Part shown: positions 30,949 through 35,642 of the stretch, one piece after another
Layout of the letters: the number at the start of each line of letters is the position of its first letter
Position numbering within the stretch: the stretch's first letter is position 1
Assembly (NCBI GenBank): GCA_031386565.1
Contig: JANNCL010000267.1
Location: forward strand, 1-35,642
DNA: 35,642 bases
Direction of reading: 5' to 3'
Origin: Candidatus Omnitrophota bacterium
GTDB lineage: Bacteria > Omnitrophota > Gorgyraeia > Zapsychrales > Fredricksoniimonadaceae
The notes under the pieces: generated by a model
Told to the model about the DNA's origin: nothing
The model's database searches: none
Seen by the model: the letters and a program-made list of their open reading frames with translations, nothing else
Translations under genes and position numbers: made by a program

Positions 30949-31452
30949 ATGAAGTTCGCACGTATTCTTAGCATCATGGTTTTAGGAGTCATGTTATCGT
31001 CATCCGCATTTGCTAAAGAATTGAAGGTCGGTTATGTGGACTTAAGCCGCCTGTTCGATAATTACCAAAAAACAAAAGAGTTTGATGCGGCTTTGCAAAA
31101 ACAAGGGGAGTCATTTACGAAAGACCGTGATGGGATGATCGCCAAGATCCGGGATGCTCAAGGAAAATTGGCTTTACTCAAGGAAGAAGAGAAGAATAAA
31201 TTGGGCGAAAGCATCGAGAAGCAAAAGACGGATCTGATCGAATACGATAAACAAAAACGCACGGAATTGGCCAAGCAACGCGATGAAAAAGTGCGCGAGA
31301 TCCTTTTGGAGATCGAAAAGATCGTTAGCGATCTGGCTAAAAAAGAAGGTTATGATTATATCCTGAATGACCGCGTTCTGGTTTACGGTGATCAAACACA
31401 GAATATCACGGACAGGGTGCTCAAGATATTAAACGATAGTTATAAGAAATAA
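30949..31452 (+). CDS. skp: OmpH/Skp periplasmic chaperone
   Basis: Signal peptide, KVGYVDLSRLFDNYQKTKE, and a coiled-coil Lys/Glu-rich body. It holds the conserved position between bamA and lpxD. Confidence 0.85.
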   Translation: MKFARILSIMVLGVMLSSSAFAKELKVGYVDLSRLFDNYQKTKEFDAALQKQGESFTKDRDGMIAKIRDAQGKLALLKEEEKNKLGESIEKQKTDLIEYDKQKRTELAKQRDEKVREILLEIEKIVSDLAKKEGYDYILNDRVLVYGDQTQNITDRVLKILNDSYKK

Positions 31453-31454
31453 TA

Positions 31455-32489
31455 ATGACGAACATAACCGTTGCCGAAATTGCCAGGTTTACGAATGGTG
31501 AGCTCGTCGGTGATGGGAGTATCGAGATCCAGGCCTGCTCTGGGATATATGAAGCCAAGAACGGTCAGATAACATTCGTGATCGGTGATGCTTACAAAGA
31601 GCAGGCGTTAAAAAGTGAAGCTTCGGCAGTGATCATTCCCCGACAGATGTCCTTGCCGGGGAAAACTGTTATTAGGGTCGATAATCCTTCGCACGCGTTC
31701 ACGCGGCTTTTAAAATATTTTTTAAAAGACCGTCCCTCCGTGCATCCTGTCGGCATTCACCCTACTGCTATAGTCGCGTCCACCGCACGGATAGGAGCGC
31801 GTGTGGCCATCGGTCCGTATGTTGTCATTGACAATGATGCTGTTATTGGGGATGATACGGTCATTTATGCGCATGGGTATGTCGGAGCTAAGGTGCATGT
31901 TGGCAAAGAATGCGTGCTCTATGCGCATGTGAGCATACGCGAGGAAGTGATCATTGGTGACCGGGTTATCATACAAAACGGGGCGGTTATAGGCAGCGAT
32001 GGTTACGGATATGTGATGGTCGATGGCAAACATGAGAAGATCCCGCAAATTGGTACAGTGATCATTGAAGATGATGTTGAGATCGGGGCCAATACCGCTA
32101 TTGACCGGGCGCGTTTTGAAAAGACAATTATCGGAGAAGGTACCAAGATCGATAATCTGGTCCATATCGCACACAATGTGATCACCGGCAAGCATTGCTT
32201 GATCATAGCGCAGGCCGGTGTTTCAGGGAGTGCTAGATTAGGTAATTATGTCATATTAGCCGGTCAAGTCGGGGTGGTAGGTCACTTAACCATCGGCGAC
32301 GGGGCGATCGTGACCGCGCAATCGGGGGTGAGCAAATCTCTTAAGGCGGGAGAGCAGGTATTTGGTTCGCCGGCACAGCCGATCAAAAAAGCGTTCATCA
32401 CCAATGCGCATATCCAGCGTCTTGATCATTATGCGAACACTATCAAAGATCTAAAGAAACGCATTGAAGTATTAGAAAATAAACAATGA
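31455..32489 (+). CDS. lpxD: UDP-3-O-acylglucosamine N-acyltransferase
   Basis: The N-terminal domain is followed by hexapeptide repeats (IHPTAIV..ARIGARVAIGPYVVI..) and a C-terminal helix. Confidence 0.95.
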   Translation: MTNITVAEIARFTNGELVGDGSIEIQACSGIYEAKNGQITFVIGDAYKEQALKSEASAVIIPRQMSLPGKTVIRVDNPSHAFTRLLKYFLKDRPSVHPVGIHPTAIVASTARIGARVAIGPYVVIDNDAVIGDDTVIYAHGYVGAKVHVGKECVLYAHVSIREEVIIGDRVIIQNGAVIGSDGYGYVMVDGKHEKIPQIGTVIIEDDVEIGANTAIDRARFEKTIIGEGTKIDNLVHIAHNVITGKHCLIIAQAGVSGSARLGNYVILAGQVGVVGHLTIGDGAIVTAQSGVSKSLKAGEQVFGSPAQPIKKAFITNAHIQRLDHYANTIKDLKKRIEVLENKQ

Positions 32490-33772
32490 AACAACACACG
32501 ATACGATCATCCGTCAAACTTTCTGGCATCGGTCTGCATACAGGTAAGAAGGCTTCTATAACAATAAAACCTGCGCCTATTGGCCAGGGTATTTCTTTTT
32601 TGCGCATTGACCTGGTGAACCCGGTGAGCATACCGCTTACACCTCAAAGTGCGGTCATGGATGAGAATATTACCCGCTGTACGGCGATCAGGGCCAACGG
32701 GGCCAGCGTTTTTACTATCGAACATTTATTGGCCGCTTTCCATGCGCTGGGGATCGATAACGCGGTTGTTGAGATCGATGCGGATGAAGTGCCGGGCATG
32801 GATGGGAGTAGTCTTGAGTTCACCAATGCACTCGCTAAGGCAGGTATTGTCGAACAGGATGCCGCCCGGGAGTTCATAAAGGTCACTAAGCCTATTACCA
32901 TTACTAAAGGGGCGGCTACACTTACCATTTTACCTGCGGACGATTTTAAGGTATCATATACCTTGGACTATGCCCACCCGGCTTTACCGTTGCAGACGTA
33001 TGAAACTATGGTAACGGCGGCAACATTCGCAAAAGATGTTGCCCCGGCGCGGACTTTTTGTTTAAAAGAAGAGATCGAACTTATACGCGGCAAGGGTTTG
33101 GGTAAGGGCGCGAATGAACAGAACACGCTGGTGATGGGTATAGATGGGCCGGTCGGGAATCGTTTGCGTTTTCCGGATGAATGCGCCCGTCACAAGGCCT
33201 TGGATATCGTCGGAGATCTTTTTTTATTGGGGAAGCCTCTGTGCGGGCATGTGGTTGGTGTCAAAAGCGGGCATGCGTTAAATCGTTTATTGGTCGCGAA
33301 GATCATGGAGCAGAATATGAAGACAAAAGTTTATGACATTAACGATATCATGAAGATCTTGCCCCACCGTTATCCTTTTTTATTGGTAGATCGCGTGACG
33401 ATCACGGAAGCGGGGAAAAAGGGTGTCGGACTTAAGAATGTGACGATCAATGATGGGTTTTTTGCCGGACATTTTCCCCAGCGCCCGGTCATGCCGGGGG
33501 TTTTGATGGTGGAAGCTTTGGCCCAAACCGCCGGCGTTGTCGTGTTAACTGGCGGCGCGCATCAGGATAAGGTGGCATTGTTCATGTCGATCGACAGCGT
33601 GAAATTCCGTAAGGTTGTTTCTCCCGGAGATCAATTGATGCTCGAGGTTGAGATCCTGCGTGACCGCGAACGTACCGCGCAAGTTAAAGGTGTGGGCAAG
33701 GTCGATGGAGAAGTGGTGGTGGAGGCGGAAATGATATTTTCTTATACGGACATGGCGTACTTGAATAAATAA
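32486..33772 (+). CDS. lpxC/fabZ: Bifunctional UDP-3-O-acyl-GlcNAc deacetylase / 3-hydroxyacyl-ACP dehydratase (LpxC-FabZ fusion)
   Basis: LpxC part: SGIGLHTGK, TIEHLLAA, HKALDIVGDL, GHALN. FabZ part: ILPHRYPFLLVDRV, GHFPQRPVMPGVLMVEALAQ. Confidence 0.95.
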   Translation: MKQHTIRSSVKLSGIGLHTGKKASITIKPAPIGQGISFLRIDLVNPVSIPLTPQSAVMDENITRCTAIRANGASVFTIEHLLAAFHALGIDNAVVEIDADEVPGMDGSSLEFTNALAKAGIVEQDAAREFIKVTKPITITKGAATLTILPADDFKVSYTLDYAHPALPLQTYETMVTAATFAKDVAPARTFCLKEEIELIRGKGLGKGANEQNTLVMGIDGPVGNRLRFPDECARHKALDIVGDLFLLGKPLCGHVVGVKSGHALNRLLVAKIMEQNMKTKVYDINDIMKILPHRYPFLLVDRVTITEAGKKGVGLKNVTINDGFFAGHFPQRPVMPGVLMVEALAQTAGVVVLTGGAHQDKVALFMSIDSVKFRKVVSPGDQLMLEVEILRDRERTAQVKGVGKVDGEVVVEAEMIFSYTDMAYLNK

Positions 33773-33774
33773 AT

Positions 33775-34560
33775 ATGATGACAACTCAACAAATACATCC
33801 AACAGCGATCATCAGCGATGATGTCACCTTAGGTAAGAATGTCGTGATCGGACCTTATACGATCATCAATGGCCCGGTCATCCTAGGAGACGATGTTTCC
33901 ATCGGAGCGCACTGTGTCATTGAGGGCTGGACAACCATCGGCCGCGGCTGTCAGCTTTATACAGGTGCGGTGATCGGCAGCCCTCCGCAAGATAAAAAGC
34001 ATGATCGCAAGGATAAGGTGTTCCTGAAGATAGGCGATGATAATATTTTTCGTGAATATGTGACGGTTAATCCAGGGACCATCGACGGTGGCGGAGAAAC
34101 CACGATCGGTAATGGGAATTTATTCATGGCCTGTTCTCATGTGGCGCATGACTGCCATGTGGGGAGTCATTGCATCATGGCCAATTATGTGGGATTGTCC
34201 GGCCACGTGACCATCGAAGACCGTGCGGTCATCGGCGGGCTTTCCGGTGTCCATCAGCATGCGCGTGTTGGTTTTTTGTCCATTATCGGCGGATGTTCTA
34301 AAGTCAATCAGGATGTGCCGCCTTACTGCATGGTGGATGGTAACCCAGCTACGTTGCGTACGCTAAATGTGGTCGGTTTAAAACGTGCTAATATTTCCTC
34401 TCAAACAAGTTTGGCGTTGCGCCGAACGATAAAGATCCTTTTCAATTCCGGTTTGGCGCGCAGCAATGCCTTAACGCAGGTCAAAGAGCAAATGGGCACT
34501 ATCCCGGAAGTTAAACGCCTGATCGATTTCGTTGAGAGTTCTAAGCGTGGGATCTCCTAA
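33775..34560 (+). CDS. lpxA: Acyl-ACP--UDP-GlcNAc O-acyltransferase
   Basis: IHPTAIISDDVTLGKNVVIGPYTII hexapeptide repeats, HVAHDC, GLKRA. Confidence 0.95.
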   Translation: MMTTQQIHPTAIISDDVTLGKNVVIGPYTIINGPVILGDDVSIGAHCVIEGWTTIGRGCQLYTGAVIGSPPQDKKHDRKDKVFLKIGDDNIFREYVTVNPGTIDGGGETTIGNGNLFMACSHVAHDCHVGSHCIMANYVGLSGHVTIEDRAVIGGLSGVHQHARVGFLSIIGGCSKVNQDVPPYCMVDGNPATLRTLNVVGLKRANISSQTSLALRRTIKILFNSGLARSNALTQVKEQMGTIPEVKRLIDFVESSKRGIS

Positions 34561-35362
34561 AAAAATTATTGGTTTAATTGCCGGTAACAATCAATTCCCT
34601 TTCCTGTTCGCGCGAGCGGCGAAGGATCAGGGATACCGCATCATTGCTGCTGGAGTTATCGGTGATACATCACCGTTCTTATTCTTTTCCGTTGATCACT
34701 TTAAATATTTTAAAGTCGGTGAATTAGCAAAGTTGTTCAAATATTTCCGCCTGCATGGAGTCAGTGAAGTGATCATGGCGGGGCAGGTCAATCCGGACAA
34801 CTTATTCAATCCGTCGGTAAGATTGGATGAAGAGTTTCAGACGATCGCCGATGCCTTGCGCGATCGTAAGACTGACACGATATTTGGCGCTGTGGCGGAC
34901 CGGTTGGGAAAAGAAGGTATGACTTTATTGGATTCAACGTTTTTGTTAAAGAAATATCTGGCTCCTAAAGGCACGTTGACAAAACGCGGACCAACCAAGG
35001 TTGAGCTTGAAGATATTGATTTTGGTTTTGGGTTAGCCAAATTCATGGGCGGCATTGATGTGGGGCAGACCGTGGTGGTAAAGGCAAAAGCCATTGTTGC
35101 CATCGAAGCCATGGAAGGTACGGATAAAGCGATCCGACGTGGCGGAAGCATTGCCCGTAGCGGTGCGGTAATCGTGAAGACCTCAAAACCAAAACAAGAC
35201 AGTCGCTTTGATGTCCCGGTCATTGGCCCCAGAACCATTGAGAATATGATCAAATGCCAGGCTGCCTGCTTGTGCATAGAAGCAAATAAAACCCTCATCA
35301 TTGATTATGATAAAGTTTTAAAACTCGCCAACGAAAATAATATCTGCATCGTCGCTGCCTGA
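34532..35362 (+). CDS. lpxI: UDP-2,3-diacylglucosamine diphosphatase LpxI (DUF1009)
   Basis: IGLIAGNNQFP, VGQTVVVK..IVAIEAMEGTD..IRRGG, KP.QD.RFDVPVIGP.TI. The start is uncertain: TTG 34532 or in-frame GTG 34547. Confidence 0.8.
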   Translation: MRVLSVGSPKKIIGLIAGNNQFPFLFARAAKDQGYRIIAAGVIGDTSPFLFFSVDHFKYFKVGELAKLFKYFRLHGVSEVIMAGQVNPDNLFNPSVRLDEEFQTIADALRDRKTDTIFGAVADRLGKEGMTLLDSTFLLKKYLAPKGTLTKRGPTKVELEDIDFGFGLAKFMGGIDVGQTVVVKAKAIVAIEAMEGTDKAIRRGGSIARSGAVIVKTSKPKQDSRFDVPVIGPRTIENMIKCQAACLCIEANKTLIIDYDKVLKLANENNICIVAA

Positions 35363-35399
35363 AGTGGCACATATATAAATAATATGCTAAACTTTGGGC

Positions 35400-35642
35400 A
35401 TGCCTCGAAGATTTTTAAGTTTAATCCTATCTATATGTTTATTGCCTTTGCCGCAAGTCTATGCAGCAGAAGGACTTTTAAGCTTGCCTGTGCCTGGGAC
35501 TATGGTACGGCTAAGCCCTGCTTATGAACCGCCACTATTAAAAGGCATTAAAGTTCATCCTGATAATCCGTTTCGTTTCGAGTTCATTTTAGATAAAGGA
35601 AACGAAACGCCCGCCGTAGCCAAAGGCGAAAGCACTTTGGCG
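35400..35642 (+). CDS. Secreted modular protein, paralog 3 (first 81 codons only; runs off the window; absent from the ORF track)
   Basis: My translation from ATG 35400 is MPRRFLSLILSICLLPLPQVYAAEGLLSLPVPGTMVRLSPAYEPPLLKGIKVHPDNPFRFEFILDKGNETPAVAKGESTLA. 36/39 residues are identical to paralog 1 after the signal peptide. The nucleotide differences I checked are mostly synonymous. Confidence 0.85.
   Translation, partial: MPRRFLSLILSICLLPLPQVYAAEGLLSLPVPGTMVRLSPAYEPPLLKGIKVHPDNPFRFEFILDKGNETPAVAKGESTLA

Noticed and set aside
1-35642. Searched by eye for CRISPR arrays, rRNA genes, integrase, transposase or RAYT genes, reverse transcriptase (DGR), and phage structural genes.
   Set aside because: None was found. 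The hairpin repeats are irregularly spaced and differ in their cores, so they are not a CRISPR array. No ORF shows recombinase, HUH or RT motifs.

Overview
35.6-kb window from a diderm (Gram-negative-type) bacterium, almost entirely + strand. The gene content (lpxC-fabZ fusion, lpxI, bamA-skp-lpxD block, ppiD) and very large orphan ORFs suggest an uncultivated lineage. Omnitrophota-like is my guess and cannot be verified here. Backbone genes: pgeF, cutA, a TlpA-like thioredoxin, ppiD(-), hisG, ispE, tRNA-Gln, glmU, prs, rplY/ctc, pth, rpsF, ssb, rpsR, rplI, dnaB, then bamA, skp, lpxD, lpxC/fabZ, lpxA, lpxI. Accessory content: (1) Three paralogous signal-peptide proteins (2954-9019, 2021 aa; 11889-14906, 1005 aa; 35400->35642, truncated by the window edge). 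They share an unassigned ~360-390-aa N-module, and the two complete copies share a ~60-aa C-terminal tail, but their central cargo is unrelated. (2) GTAG-flanked REP/REPIN-like hairpin elements. Two 58-nt double-hairpin copies are read through in frame at the same site of the conserved N-module in both complete paralogs, with compensatory stem changes. Further single units lie in coding and intergenic DNA. A separate C/G-tract hairpin cluster is inserted in frame in paralog 1 only. (3) A ~660-bp DUF4160-DUF2442 cassette bracketed by a 39-nt duplication of the dnaB 3' end, leaving an orphaned alternative dnaB C-terminus. (4) An AT-rich XRE + 2 methyltransferase + 2 glycosyltransferase island between dnaB and bamA. 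(5) A vapBC module, a GC-rich DUF234-type ATPase insertion, an unannotated 33-aa bS22-like basic ORF, and a consensus promoter placed so that bamA would be leaderless. No CRISPR array, rRNA, integrase, transposase or RAYT gene was seen. All calls rest on motifs and by-eye alignment; no database search was possible.
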